Source: Bacillota bacterium (lineage in GTDB: Bacteria; Bacillota; Clostridia; Saccharofermentanales; DTU023). From it: a DNA stretch of 64,000 bases. Below the pieces are notes generated by a model. It worked only from the letters and a program-made list of their open reading frames with translations, did no database searches and was not told the origin of the DNA. The stretch lies in NCBI GenBank assembly GCA_023426575.1, contig JAFAAL010000030.1, positions 1,637 to 65,636 of the forward strand, in the 5' to 3' direction. Shown one piece after another: positions 18,876 to 28,868 of this stretch (within the stretch, counting starts at the first letter, position 1; every line of letters starts with the position of its first letter). Position numbers and translations under genes: made by a program.

Positions 18876-19952
18876 CTAGGCGTCGAGGCCGAGGATGTCC
18901 TCGATCTCATGGAGCACCTGCTCGAGATCCTCCGGCTTGGCATCGGCCATGTGCGCGATTCTAAAGGTCTTGCCCTTGAAGGGACCGTAGCCATTGGAAA
19001 TCGTGAAACCACGCTTGCCGAGTTCCGTGTTCAGGGCCTTGAAATCAAAGTCTTCAGGATTCTTGATGCAGGTCACGGTCAGGGAGCGGTAGCCCTCCTT
19101 GGCAAAGAGCTCAAAGTGCTTGGCCGCCCATTCCCAGACGCGCTCGGCCATCTTTCTATGGCGCTCAAAACGCGCCTCGAGCCCCTCTTCATTCAGAATG
19201 TAGTCCAGCTGATAGTCGAGGGCAAACATGTGCTCGAGAGAGGGAGTGGAGGGATACTGATAGTCCTTCTTGACGCGCTTGGCGAGTTGCACGAGGTCGA
19301 AGTAGAAACCGCGGTTCTCGACGGTCTCGGCGCGCTCGAGGGCACGCTCAGAAATCGCTGCAATCGACATGCCTGCGGGCAGGCCAAGGCACTTCTGCGT
19401 CGAGGTGACCAAGTAATCGATTCCCCAGGCATCTGTCTCAATTTTGGCGCCGCCGAGAGAGGAGACGGAGTCGACCATGTAGATGACGTCGGGATAGCGC
19501 TTGACGACCTCGCCGATCTCGGCACAGGGATTCATAATCCCCGATGAGGTCTCGTTGTGAGTGACGGTAATCGCATCATATTTGCCCGTCTTGAGTGCTT
19601 CTTCAACCATTTCGGGAGTGGTCGGCTGACCGGGCTCGGATTCGAAGAAATCGGCTTCCTTGCCATTGGAAATCGCCATCTCATACCAGCGCTTGCCGAA
19701 GGCACCGACGGAGAAGCAGGCGATGCGCTTCTTGGAGAGGCAGCGGACACCAGCCTCCATGAGGCCGGAGCCAGAAGAGGTCGAGAGAATGATGAGATTG
19801 TCGGTAAACATGAGCTTTTGCATCTTCTCAGAGATCGACTTCTGCAGTTCTGTCGCCTCTGGAGTGCGGTGACCGATCATCGGTGTCGCCATCTTGGCGA
19901 GGACGTCCTCACGGACATCGACGGGTCCTGGAATAAAGAGTTTCTTATGCAT
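18876..19952 (-). CDS. Class-V aminotransferase (serine-pyruvate / phosphoserine aminotransferase-like)
   Basis: Start taken at MHKKLFIPGPVDVREDVL. PLP-lysine context TSTQKCLGLPAG. The ORF-track N-terminal extension (30 aa) looks non-coding. Confidence 0.75.
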   Translation of the reverse strand: MHKKLFIPGPVDVREDVLAKMATPMIGHRTPEATELQKSISEKMQKLMFTDNLIILSTSSGSGLMEAGVRCLSKKRIACFSVGAFGKRWYEMAISNGKEADFFESEPGQPTTPEMVEEALKTGKYDAITVTHNETSSGIMNPCAEIGEVVKRYPDVIYMVDSVSSLGGAKIETDAWGIDYLVTSTQKCLGLPAGMSIAAISERALERAETVENRGFYFDLVQLAKRVKKDYQYPSTPSLEHMFALDYQLDYILNEEGLEARFERHRKMAERVWEWAAKHFELFAKEGYRSLTVTCIKNPEDFDFKALNTELGKRGFTISNGYGPFKGKTFRIAHMADAKPEDLEQVLHEIEDILGLDA

Positions 19953-20082
19953 GGAATAATCCTCCCTCTGTCTGCCGCGCATATTACCATTTCGGCAAGA
20001 CACATACAGCTCGGATTTTAACAGGCTATACAATAAAATCAAGTTGAGAGAGTTTTATCCAGTGAATTCGCACAAAAATATG

Positions 20083-23000
20083 TCAGTAGACGAGCTCAAT
20101 GCGGCTGCTGCCATCTGCCTCGCTGCGCAGGCGAATCTGCTTTTGTAAGCGCTCGGCCAGCTCTGGAACGTGGGAGATCACCGCGACGACACGGCTCTCA
20201 TCACTGATACTGAGCAGGCATTCATAAGCTGAATTGAGTGAATCAGCATCGAGCGTGCCGAATCCCTCATCGATGAAGAGACAGCCAATCTTCTTGCCCC
20301 CGGCATTGGCCCCCGCCAAATCTGAGAGCGCCAGGGCAAAGGCGAGCGCCGCCTTGAAGCTCTCACCTCCCGAGAGGGTCGATACTGGGCGCACCTTGCC
20401 CGTCCAGCGGTCATAGACGTCGAGGTCGAGGCCCATGCGCTTCCTGAGATCCCAGGCCTCTGTCCGCCGCCTCAGCTCATAGCGCGCCTCCGTCAAGAGC
20501 GAGAAGCGCCGCGCCGCCAGCGCCAGCACCTGCTGAAAGTAAAAAGTCTGAACAAAGGTCTCAAAATCGATCTTGGCACTTTGCGCCATCTGACCCATCG
20601 CCAGCTGCTGCAGATAGCGGTGTGCCTGATAGTCCTCTTCTGCAGCCGCCAATTCAGAGAGCTCTCTCCTTAAGCTGGGCTGAGCCTCCACAAGCGCCGC
20701 CCGATCGGCCGCCAAGACCTGCTGGGTCGCCGCGAGCTGATCTCGCTGAGCTATCGTAGCTGCGAGCTCCTCTTCAACTCTCTCGAGCGCCGCTCGCAGC
20801 TCTTCTTCTGTCTCGAGCCCGAGCGCCAACTGCGCCCACGCCGCCGCATTCTGCGCCCGAGCCTCTCGCAGCGCTCGCGCCTCGAGCTCCGCAGCCTCCA
20901 ACTGGGCTCTGAGCTCTGCCTGCTCTTCAGCCAGGGCCGTGGCAGTCAGGCCAGCCTCATAGAGCGCTGCCGTTTCCAAATCATGGGCACGGGCATAGCT
21001 CAAAATTTCCTCCTGGCTCGCCTCGAGCGCCACGGTCTCTGCCTCCCGCCGCTCTCTCAACTGCCGCTGCAAAATCTTGACATCCTGCTCTTCCCGCTCC
21101 AGCTGCTTCGCCTGCTCCGCCCAGCTCTCCAGCTGCTGCTCCAAGTCAGAGACGCGCCGAGACAGCGCCTCTCTGCGCAGTCCGAGCGAGGCCACAGCCG
21201 TCTCTTCATCAGCCAGCGATTCACCGAACCTCTTGCTCAGTCGCTCCAGACGCTCCCGCAAGAGGATGTCGTACTTCTGGAGGACCGCCCTCGCCCCGTC
21301 GAGAGCCGTCTGACGACTGACCCCCTCGGCCTCCCAAGCCGCCAGCTGTGCCGCATCTGCGAGACGTTCCAGGCTGGCCTCCCAGTTCTTGATCGTGGCC
21401 TCGCCCTCAGCTCGCTGCATTTCTGTCCGAGCCTTCAACTTGGCAAAAGCCTCATGCAGCTGTCCCAGATCCTCCTGATATGCCTCTGCCTCTAAGCTCT
21501 CGGCTTCCTCTGCGGCTGGGAGGTGGAGGACCATGGCTGGGATGGCCGCAAAGACATCATTGAAAAACGGCGTGGCTAGGCTCTCTGGATAGGCCTCCTG
21601 AAATCGCTCTTGCAAGAGCTCTCGACTCTTGTCGTAGCGCTGCTTCTGCTTCCTGATCTCCACCGCCAAGCGCTCCTTCTGAGCGCTGTCATTGGCCAGT
21701 CGTCCCTGCGCCGTGATCAGCGCCAGGCGGAGGGCATCGACCCCCTCGCCCCGCTCGGACTCGTGAGTTCTCGCTGGATCTGGATGCTCAACGCTGCCAC
21801 AGACAGGACAGGGGGTCTCGAGCACGAGTCCCCGCGCCAGATGTGCCGCCCAATACGCATCCTGCTGTTCTGACGCCGCCTGAAGCTCCGCCGCCAGGCG
21901 CTCAATCTCAGCCTCGACCTCAGTCCTCTCTTGCTCGAGTTCTCGCAGCTTCGCCGCCTCTGTCACCCATTCCCCATAGCGCTCCGCGAGGTCTGAACTC
22001 AACTGATGGAGAAGCGCCAGTTGTACATCTTCTTCCTTGAGCTGGCTCTGTCTCCTCTCGACTTCGATGCGACGCCCTTCAAAATCCCGCCGTCTCTCCA
22101 CTTGATCTTGGAGAATTTCATGCTGGCTGCGCCACGCTTGCAGAGCCTTCTGCGCCTCACTTGCAGCAGCTCTGGCCGCTGCCAGCTCGCCCCTCTCTGC
22201 GCGGCTCTCCTCGAGCTCTGTCTGGATATCGTCCAGGCGCGTCTGCTCAGCCCTGAGACTTGCCAATTCCTCTTGCTTGGCGGGCCTCCTCTCGAGAGCC
22301 TCTTCCAGCGCCTTTCGCGCCTCAGTCGAGAGCTTCAGGCGCTCCTCGAGCTCAGATTTTGCATCCGCCAGTCCCTCTAGGACCTCTTGTCTCGTCTGAA
22401 CATCAAAGAGCCTGGTCTGCAATTTCTGGTAGTGGCCGAGCCAGACGAGGCGATCACGCTCTCTCTGCCGCAATTCCTCTGCCGCCACTTCTTCACGCGC
22501 CCGCTCATCGAGCCTGCCTCTCTCGAGGAGGAGAGTCGCTCCCTCCCTGAGACGCAGGAGCTCCGCCTCTTGCCCCTCCCGCCGGGCATTCAAGTCGCCG
22601 AGCTGCGCCTCGCCATGTGAGAGCTCCGTCTCGAGCTTATGGACAGCCAGGGCACAGGCAGGTTCCAAGCGCTCGAGATCATAGTATTGAAGATCCGCTT
22701 GCCATTCTTCCAGGACGGCATCGATCTCGGGCCGTCGCGGCAGTCCAGTAAAGAGGCGATAGAGAGCCTCACGGCCAGACTGAAGCATCTGGCGCCGGCG
22801 CTCACAGTGAAGCTGCAGAGCCTCTTGCAAGTCGCGGGCCTGGTCCGTGGCAAAGAGCGTCCTAAAGATCTCGACACGATCCTTGCTGCTCGCATAGAGC
22901 AATTTCTGAAACTCCCCCTGGGCCAGCAGAGCCGTCTGCTTAAACTGCTTGGCATCGAGGCCAATCAGCTCACGAATCTTCTCTGAGACCTCGTTGATCT

Positions 23001-23400
23001 TATTAATCTGAGTGCCGTCAGGCAGTGTCAAAACGACCTGGGCCGGCAAGTTGACCAGGCGCTGCAGCCGCGGCGACCAGAGCTCCTGCTGAGGCTGGCG
23101 CAGCAGACGATATTGCGTCGTCTTCCCCGCCTCCGTCAGCTCGAAATCGAGGCAGACACGGGTCTCGAGCTCGGGCGGCGCAAAATCAGAGCGCAGTGTC
23201 TTGACCTCGCGGTGTGAGCCAGAACTCTCACCGTAGAGCGCGTAGGCCATCGCATCAAAGATCATCGTCTTGCCAGATCCCGTCGGCCCCGCAATCAAGA
23301 TGGGCCCCGGCGCCTCCAATTCTTGAAAACGCCGAAAATCAATCTCCTGACGCTCTGCAAAAGGGCCAAATGCCTCGAGAATCAATCTCAGTGGCCGCAT
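20083..23400 (-). CDS. sbcC: SbcC/Rad50-family exonuclease ATPase
   Basis: N-terminal Walker A AGPTGSGKTMIFDAMAYALYG, ~800 aa of coiled coil with a central zinc hook CPVCGS, and C-terminal LSGGESFKAALAFALAL...LFIDEGFGTLD. Confidence 0.85.
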   Translation of the reverse strand: MRPLRLILEAFGPFAERQEIDFRRFQELEAPGPILIAGPTGSGKTMIFDAMAYALYGESSGSHREVKTLRSDFAPPELETRVCLDFELTEAGKTTQYRLLRQPQQELWSPRLQRLVNLPAQVVLTLPDGTQINKINEVSEKIRELIGLDAKQFKQTALLAQGEFQKLLYASSKDRVEIFRTLFATDQARDLQEALQLHCERRRQMLQSGREALYRLFTGLPRRPEIDAVLEEWQADLQYYDLERLEPACALAVHKLETELSHGEAQLGDLNARREGQEAELLRLREGATLLLERGRLDERAREEVAAEELRQRERDRLVWLGHYQKLQTRLFDVQTRQEVLEGLADAKSELEERLKLSTEARKALEEALERRPAKQEELASLRAEQTRLDDIQTELEESRAERGELAAARAAASEAQKALQAWRSQHEILQDQVERRRDFEGRRIEVERRQSQLKEEDVQLALLHQLSSDLAERYGEWVTEAAKLRELEQERTEVEAEIERLAAELQAASEQQDAYWAAHLARGLVLETPCPVCGSVEHPDPARTHESERGEGVDALRLALITAQGRLANDSAQKERLAVEIRKQKQRYDKSRELLQERFQEAYPESLATPFFNDVFAAIPAMVLHLPAAEEAESLEAEAYQEDLGQLHEAFAKLKARTEMQRAEGEATIKNWEASLERLADAAQLAAWEAEGVSRQTALDGARAVLQKYDILLRERLERLSKRFGESLADEETAVASLGLRREALSRRVSDLEQQLESWAEQAKQLEREEQDVKILQRQLRERREAETVALEASQEEILSYARAHDLETAALYEAGLTATALAEEQAELRAQLEAAELEARALREARAQNAAAWAQLALGLETEEELRAALERVEEELAATIAQRDQLAATQQVLAADRAALVEAQPSLRRELSELAAAEEDYQAHRYLQQLAMGQMAQSAKIDFETFVQTFYFQQVLALAARRFSLLTEARYELRRRTEAWDLRKRMGLDLDVYDRWTGKVRPVSTLSGGESFKAALAFALALSDLAGANAGGKKIGCLFIDEGFGTLDADSLNSAYECLLSISDESRVVAVISHVPELAERLQKQIRLRSEADGSSRIELVY

Positions 23401-24590
23401 ATCTCTGCTCCCACGATATCGATAATCTTCTCTTCAGCCGCCGTCAGCGCCCGACCGCCCTGCTCCTCGGCAAAGCGCTTGAACAAGGTCGTCATCTCCA
23501 GCTCCGGCTCCTCAAAAATCTGCTCGAGCTCCGTCTTCTCCTCGCGCTCAGCCAGAGTCAATTGAACCAGGCGCGGCAGAAGCTCAGAGATCTGGGCATA
23601 GGCATCTGGCGGCAGCGGGCGATCCGTCAAAATCACCTCACTATAGGCCTCTTTGAGACGAGTAAATTCGAGACTCTCTTCTCGAGCCTCGCGCTTCAAA
23701 TCGGCCAAAGTCCCGCGCCAGCGCCTCAATTCATAGGCCGGGCAGAACGGCAAGAGGCAAAGTCTCGGCCTCTGACCTCGCTCTAGTTCCAGGAGAGGGA
23801 TGCTCCTCTCGATGTCTATTTCGGAGAAGCGGAAGGGCCAGAGCGCCCCAGCATAGCGACAGCGCTCGTCACTGAGCGCCTGAGGGCGATGGATGTGGCC
23901 CAGCGCCACATAGTCATAGGCGCTGAAGAGCTCTGCAGAGACCTCGTCAGTCGCCCCGATGTAGAGGCGCTCCGAACTCGCCAGTTCTGGCCGGATGCCA
24001 GAAGACGTCACCAATTGATGGGCGACGAGCACAGAAAAATCTGCTGCTGGCTCTGTGGCATGGTGCTGGCCAATCTCCCGCAGAGCAGAGGCGACCGCCG
24101 CCTCTGTCGTGCGGGGCAAGACTTCAGGCTCAAAGGCGCTGAGATCAATGCTTCTCAGAAAGGGCAGGAGATCAAAATCGACGCAGAGCCCTGCCCGCTC
24201 AAGGCGCACACGCATGACAAAGGGATCCTCAGTCAGCTTGACTTGATAGGCGGAGATGGACTGGGGAATGTAGATCTCATTTTCACCGAGAATCTCAGAG
24301 AGAAAACTCAGACCCTCCGCAGAGTCATGGTTACCGGGGACCATGAGCGTCGCAATGCCGAGGCGATGCAGGCTTGTCAGGAAGCGGTCGAGGACAGTTC
24401 GCGCCTCGACACTCGGCCGACTGTGATGATAGATATCGCCAGCGATGAGGCAGACATCGACCTGCTCCGCCTCAGCGAGGGCGACGACCCGCTCAAGGTC
24501 GGCCGCCTGCTCGGGGAGAAGGCTCAGTCCCGAGAGCTGATTACCCAGCTTCAGGCCGAGATGCAGGTCCGCAAGATGCAGAATGCGCAT
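23388..24590 (-). CDS. sbcD: SbcD/Mre11-family nuclease
   Basis: MRILHLADLHLG, GDIYHHSRPS, VPGNHDS and ALGHIHRPQ. The stop overlaps the sbcC start by 13 nt. Confidence 0.85.
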   Translation of the reverse strand: MRILHLADLHLGLKLGNQLSGLSLLPEQAADLERVVALAEAEQVDVCLIAGDIYHHSRPSVEARTVLDRFLTSLHRLGIATLMVPGNHDSAEGLSFLSEILGENEIYIPQSISAYQVKLTEDPFVMRVRLERAGLCVDFDLLPFLRSIDLSAFEPEVLPRTTEAAVASALREIGQHHATEPAADFSVLVAHQLVTSSGIRPELASSERLYIGATDEVSAELFSAYDYVALGHIHRPQALSDERCRYAGALWPFRFSEIDIERSIPLLELERGQRPRLCLLPFCPAYELRRWRGTLADLKREAREESLEFTRLKEAYSEVILTDRPLPPDAYAQISELLPRLVQLTLAEREEKTELEQIFEEPELEMTTLFKRFAEEQGGRALTAAEEKIIDIVGAEICGH

Positions 24591-25953
24591 AGACCAATCG
24601 CCTCCGAAAACATTCAAGAGCTATGACCATGACGATGCCCATGAGAATAGATGAGAGGGAGATCGACCACCAGATTCCGACGACACCGAGGCCCAGGGCC
24701 ATCAAGAGGTGGCTGAGGGGAATCCGCATGACCACGCCCGTCAGGACCACGGTAGAAGGCAGGACCGTCCGGCCGAAGCCATTGAAACAGGCCCCCGCAA
24801 CCATTTCAAGGCACATAAAGGCCTGGGAGAGTGCGACAATCTTCAAGTAGCGCGCCCCCTCGGCAAGTGCCGCCGGCTCTTGGATGAAGAGGCCAAAGAT
24901 CGCCCGACTGCCCCCGAAGAGCAGCAGCGTATTGGCAAGTCCGATGCCAAAAATCAGGGCCAGGGCCGTCCGATAACCGCGCTGAGCGCGATCCAACTGG
25001 CCGTTGCCGTGATTTTGCGCAATAAAGCTCGTCACCGCCTGGGCAAATCCCTCTGCCGTCGTCCAGCTAATGGACTCAATCTGCGCGCCGACCTTCTGCG
25101 CCGCAATCGCCGCATCACCAAAGCTGGCAATCAGGCGGGCGACATACATGGAGACCAGCGCAAAGCCCATGTTCTGTAGGGATACGGGGAGTCCCATGCG
25201 AAAGAGGGCGGGCCAAAGTCGTACATTCTCTCGAAGATTAAAGATATCGAGATGCTGAAAGGGCTCGTGCCGCAAGATGGAGAAGGCGAGCAAGACCGCG
25301 ACGACCGCTTGAGAAAAGACAGTCGCCCAGGCAGCTCCTGCAACACCGAGATCGAGTCCAAAGATCAGGAGTGGGTCGAGGATGATATTGAGGATGAGGC
25401 CCGCCGTATTGATCCGAAAGGGCGACTTGCTGTTGCCACAGCTGATGGAAAGAGCCGTCAACTGCCGGCCGAAGTAGGCAAAGAAGACACCGATGGCCGT
25501 AATGCCAAGATAGGTCTCGGCCGCCCGCACTGTCTCTAGGTTCTGGAGGCGAAAGAAGGAGATGAGCGGAGCTCGGAGAAAGTGTAAAAAGAGGGCGACG
25601 AAGAGGCCGAGGCTGAGGGCAAAAGAAAGAGAAGCCGCCGCTTGCCGCCGAGCCTGATCAGGGCGACCCGCCCCGAGCTCGCGAGCCGCAAAGACCTGGC
25701 CACCCACCCGAGAGAGTAAGACGATGCCCTCGGAGAGCCAGAGAAACATCCCAGCCGTTCCAGCCCCGGCCACCTGCGCGACACCGACTTGCGAGACCCA
25801 AAAAGTGTCCGTCAAATTGTAGGCGACTGAGACAAAAGAGGTGGCCATGAGTGGCAGCGCCAGGCGTGCGAGCGCACCCATAATAGAGCCGCTAAGCAGA
25901 TCAACTTGGCGGCTCTTAGGAAGTTTTGAGGGAGATTGTCTTAGACGTCCCAT
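24541..25953 (-). CDS. MATE-family efflux transporter
   Basis: 470 aa with ~12 TM helices. N-terminal LARLALPLMATSFVSVAYNLTDTFWVSQVG is typical of MATE/NorM proteins. Confidence 0.8.
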   Translation of the reverse strand: MGRLRQSPSKLPKSRQVDLLSGSIMGALARLALPLMATSFVSVAYNLTDTFWVSQVGVAQVAGAGTAGMFLWLSEGIVLLSRVGGQVFAARELGAGRPDQARRQAAASLSFALSLGLFVALFLHFLRAPLISFFRLQNLETVRAAETYLGITAIGVFFAYFGRQLTALSISCGNSKSPFRINTAGLILNIILDPLLIFGLDLGVAGAAWATVFSQAVVAVLLAFSILRHEPFQHLDIFNLRENVRLWPALFRMGLPVSLQNMGFALVSMYVARLIASFGDAAIAAQKVGAQIESISWTTAEGFAQAVTSFIAQNHGNGQLDRAQRGYRTALALIFGIGLANTLLLFGGSRAIFGLFIQEPAALAEGARYLKIVALSQAFMCLEMVAGACFNGFGRTVLPSTVVLTGVVMRIPLSHLLMALGLGVVGIWWSISLSSILMGIVMVIALECFRRRLVYAHSASCGPASRPEAG

Positions 25954-25959
25954 TTAAAC

Positions 25960-26940
25960 TTAAAAGGACATCAGCTGCTGGAGTAGGCTCAAGAACAAGA
26001 CCGAAGAGAGGATGAGGAGACTGAGCAGCCAATAGCCAGAGCGCCGATTCTCGCGGTTGAGCTCGTTGAAGCCGAGGGCGATGTTGAAGTAGAGCGGTAG
26101 GAGAGCCCAGGGGGCCAGCGAGAAATAGAGCGGCTTGTACAGCAGTGAGCACAAGAGGATGAGGATCATGGCAACACTGTGCATCAAGCTGGAGATCGAG
26201 AGCGTATTGATGGCCAGCTCAAGCGAGCGAGGCTCGCGTTGCAGGAGGCGGAAGATGAGGAAGAGGCCGGCACCGAGCAAGACGAGGTTGAGACTGCTGT
26301 GGAGGAGATGAGTCCCAAAGATCGACCAGCCCTGCTTGCCGCTCATGAGAGCCTTCAAGTCGGTCCCTTCAGCCAGAGCCTCGCCAAAGAGGGCGGGCAA
26401 GTCAGCACCCATGGCCTGCTTCAAGACGGCGAAACCGATCTTGAGACCTGCCAGCGCAAAGAGGCCAGAGAGGAAAATATTGATGACGAGGAGGAGCGCT
26501 CGGCTGACCCAGGAGAGCTCCGCTCTGAAGACTGACTCTGGACGGACGCCAAAGAGACGCTGCAAGAGATTTCTAAAATCGGCACCCACACGGCGGAGGG
26601 TGTATTGCATGTCGAGACCCTGGGACTGCGACGCTCTCTGGCGCCCAGTTCTCGGGGCATCGGGGCGCTGCCGTCTCTGCGGCGGACGACGCCGTAGCTG
26701 CTCCTGCTGATACTGGCGGCGCTCCGCAGGACTCGGGCCCTCGCCCTTATAGTAATCGAGGGGATTGAAGTCACCCTGCTCATAGTCACGAGGATCGAGG
26801 CGGGGAATCTGACCCGTCAACTGGCCCGTGTAGCGGCCCGCGTACTGACCTGTATACTGTCTCTGACGGGGATCGACTTCGTTCTCATAGCCCTGGGCGT
26901 CAGCATTTCTCTCCTGATAGCGGTCATCGTATCTGTTCAC
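25960..26940 (-). CDS. Hypothetical membrane protein with a Q/R/Y/D-rich disordered N-terminal region
   Basis: GTG start 5 nt after AGGAGG (26940). ~150 aa of low-complexity sequence followed by 4-5 TM helices. No family recognised. Confidence 0.45.
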   Translation of the reverse strand: MNRYDDRYQERNADAQGYENEVDPRQRQYTGQYAGRYTGQLTGQIPRLDPRDYEQGDFNPLDYYKGEGPSPAERRQYQQEQLRRRPPQRRQRPDAPRTGRQRASQSQGLDMQYTLRRVGADFRNLLQRLFGVRPESVFRAELSWVSRALLLVINIFLSGLFALAGLKIGFAVLKQAMGADLPALFGEALAEGTDLKALMSGKQGWSIFGTHLLHSSLNLVLLGAGLFLIFRLLQREPRSLELAINTLSISSLMHSVAMILILLCSLLYKPLYFSLAPWALLPLYFNIALGFNELNRENRRSGYWLLSLLILSSVLFLSLLQQLMSF

Positions 26941-27041
26941 ATGATCCTCCTGGCTTGGGAGCCTCTTGATAGAATTTGAAAGAGAATATATCTCCTTGCC
27001 ATCATAGCACAAAAAAGACGGATAAGGGCTATAATAACGGC

Positions 27042-27830
27042 ATGTCCAGAGAAAAGAACATGGCCTCACAGATCCTGATCACGGGTGCCAGCGGCGGCCT
27101 CGGCGCAGCACTCGCCAGCGCTTGGCTCGCGCCTGGCAAGCACTTGATTCTCCATGGCCGCGACGAGAGGCGACTCGAGGCTCTCAGCAGGGCTCTCTCA
27201 CAAAAAGAGCCTGGGGCCGAGTTGAGCCTCATCGCTAGAGATCTCGCAGGTCCCGACGCTGTCACGGCTCTGGTCTCGGATCTCAGGGAGCGCTCTCTGG
27301 TACCCGATGCCCTGATTCTCAATATCGGCTATTCCTTGACTCGCGCCTTCTCAGATCTCACTATCGCAGAGGTGCAAGATCTCCTGGCGGCCAATCTCAC
27401 AGCTCAAATTATGCTGGCACATCAACTGCTGCCAGAGCTAAGACAGTTAATCGTCATCTCCTCATCAGGCGCCTACCAACCAGGGCCCTATACCAATCTC
27501 TACTATGCCTCCAAGGCAGCTCTAAGCTCCTGGACGACTGCTCTCCAGGCAGAGCGGCCCGATCTTGAAATTCTGCTCGTCTGCCCTGGCGCCATGTGTA
27601 CAGACTTTGCCTGTAAGGCAGGGCGATCGCCTGCACCGCTCGCCCTGAGTCCCATATCTGTCGCAAGCGCCATCAAAAAAGCGGCCGATCGTGGCCGCCA
27701 CTATCTCGCACCAGGTCTCTTCAACAAGCTAGCGATCGCTCTGACGAAGCTCCTCCCCGCGCGCTGGAATGCCCAGCTCATCAAGCGTCTCCAGCTTATG
27801 CAGGCGGAGAGCCCTGACATTCGTCGCTAG
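27042..27830 (+). CDS. Short-chain dehydrogenase/reductase (SDR)
   Basis: ILITGASGGLGAALA (TGxxxGxG) and YYASKAAL (YxxxK). Start taken at ATG 27042. Confidence 0.8.
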   Translation: MSREKNMASQILITGASGGLGAALASAWLAPGKHLILHGRDERRLEALSRALSQKEPGAELSLIARDLAGPDAVTALVSDLRERSLVPDALILNIGYSLTRAFSDLTIAEVQDLLAANLTAQIMLAHQLLPELRQLIVISSSGAYQPGPYTNLYYASKAALSSWTTALQAERPDLEILLVCPGAMCTDFACKAGRSPAPLALSPISVASAIKKAADRGRHYLAPGLFNKLAIALTKLLPARWNAQLIKRLQLMQAESPDIRR

Positions 27831-28868
27831 GACATTGACCGCCGTATATTTTTCAAGACAGTCCGTTGCGGCCTGTTGGGCCTGACGGAGGACCTCTTGA
27901 GCGTTATAGCCATAGATGATCGCCAGGTCGATGTAGAGGAAGACGCCATAGGGCTCCTTGTCCAATTGTAGATGTAAGAGTTGCCAGACCCCTGGCACCT
28001 GCCGTAGCTCAATGTCGAGCATCTGCGCCATCGCCTGATCTGAGATCGAATACGTGCCGAGGGCCGAAAAGGTGGGCCTCACGACTGAGCGCTCGTCGGC
28101 CAGAGCCATCTGCTGTTCCCGACTGGTGCGGTCGAAGCGGCGCTTGAGCCGTAGAATCGGATCGCTGAGATAACCTGAGAACTCGTGCCTGATTTCCATG
28201 GCGGGGACGGGGATGGTGTGCTTGCCCTCGAGGAGGCGCACCGACTTAGCCTTCATCCGCTCGTCTTCAGTCGTCACGTCTTCAATGAGGATAAAGCGCT
28301 TGGGCTGCTCGAGGCCAAGATTCTTGCAGATGCGCTCAATCATCTCGTAAGAGGTCCCGAGGATGAGCAGCTTTTCAGGGGCACTGGCGTAGAGTGCTCG
28401 GCGCATGATCTCGGCCCGTACGGGCTCGGCAAAGAGGGCCTGGCGCACGGACTCGAGCTTGGTCTCTGCCTTCTTGGCCGAGGCTCCCGCGACGATGCGC
28501 GAACCGCGAATAAGAATGCCATCATCGATGATGTCGAAAATATTCTCTTCACGCGCAATTCTCAGAGCTCTGGTCGACTTGCCCGTTCCCGAAGGGCCGA
28601 CAAAGGCGATGACTTCTATCGCTCTGAGCGTCTGCTCCAATCGCTCCTCAGGGCTCAAGTCCTCGCGCGCCTCCTCCGATTTTAAGTTGTGGGCGCTGAC
28701 CAGGCGACCAAAGGGATTAAAGACAGCCGCACTCTCCTCTTCGGCAATCAGTTTGTCCAGCTTGGCCTGGCGAGCGATGCCCTCTTGCACGGTATCCGAA
28801 TGTGTCGGCCGCTTGATGAGCTCTCGTGCGAGCTCCTTTAAGTCTTGAAATAGGTTTAGGCCTGCCAA
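27729..28868 (-). CDS. P-loop NTPase domain fused to an Asp23/Gls24-like C-terminal domain (hypothetical)
   Basis: Walker A FVGPSGTGKST at ~residue 95. The C-terminal ~110 aa (ISDQAMAQMLDIELRQVPGV...VFLYIDLAIIYGYNAQEVLRQAQQAATDCLEKYTAVNVLATNVRALRL) has the Asp23-family pattern. TTG start; the 3' end overlaps the SDR gene by 102 nt. Confidence 0.5.
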   Translation of the reverse strand: MAGLNLFQDLKELARELIKRPTHSDTVQEGIARQAKLDKLIAEEESAAVFNPFGRLVSAHNLKSEEAREDLSPEERLEQTLRAIEVIAFVGPSGTGKSTRALRIAREENIFDIIDDGILIRGSRIVAGASAKKAETKLESVRQALFAEPVRAEIMRRALYASAPEKLLILGTSYEMIERICKNLGLEQPKRFILIEDVTTEDERMKAKSVRLLEGKHTIPVPAMEIRHEFSGYLSDPILRLKRRFDRTSREQQMALADERSVVRPTFSALGTYSISDQAMAQMLDIELRQVPGVWQLLHLQLDKEPYGVFLYIDLAIIYGYNAQEVLRQAQQAATDCLEKYTAVNVLATNVRALRLHKLETLDELGIPARGEELRQSDR

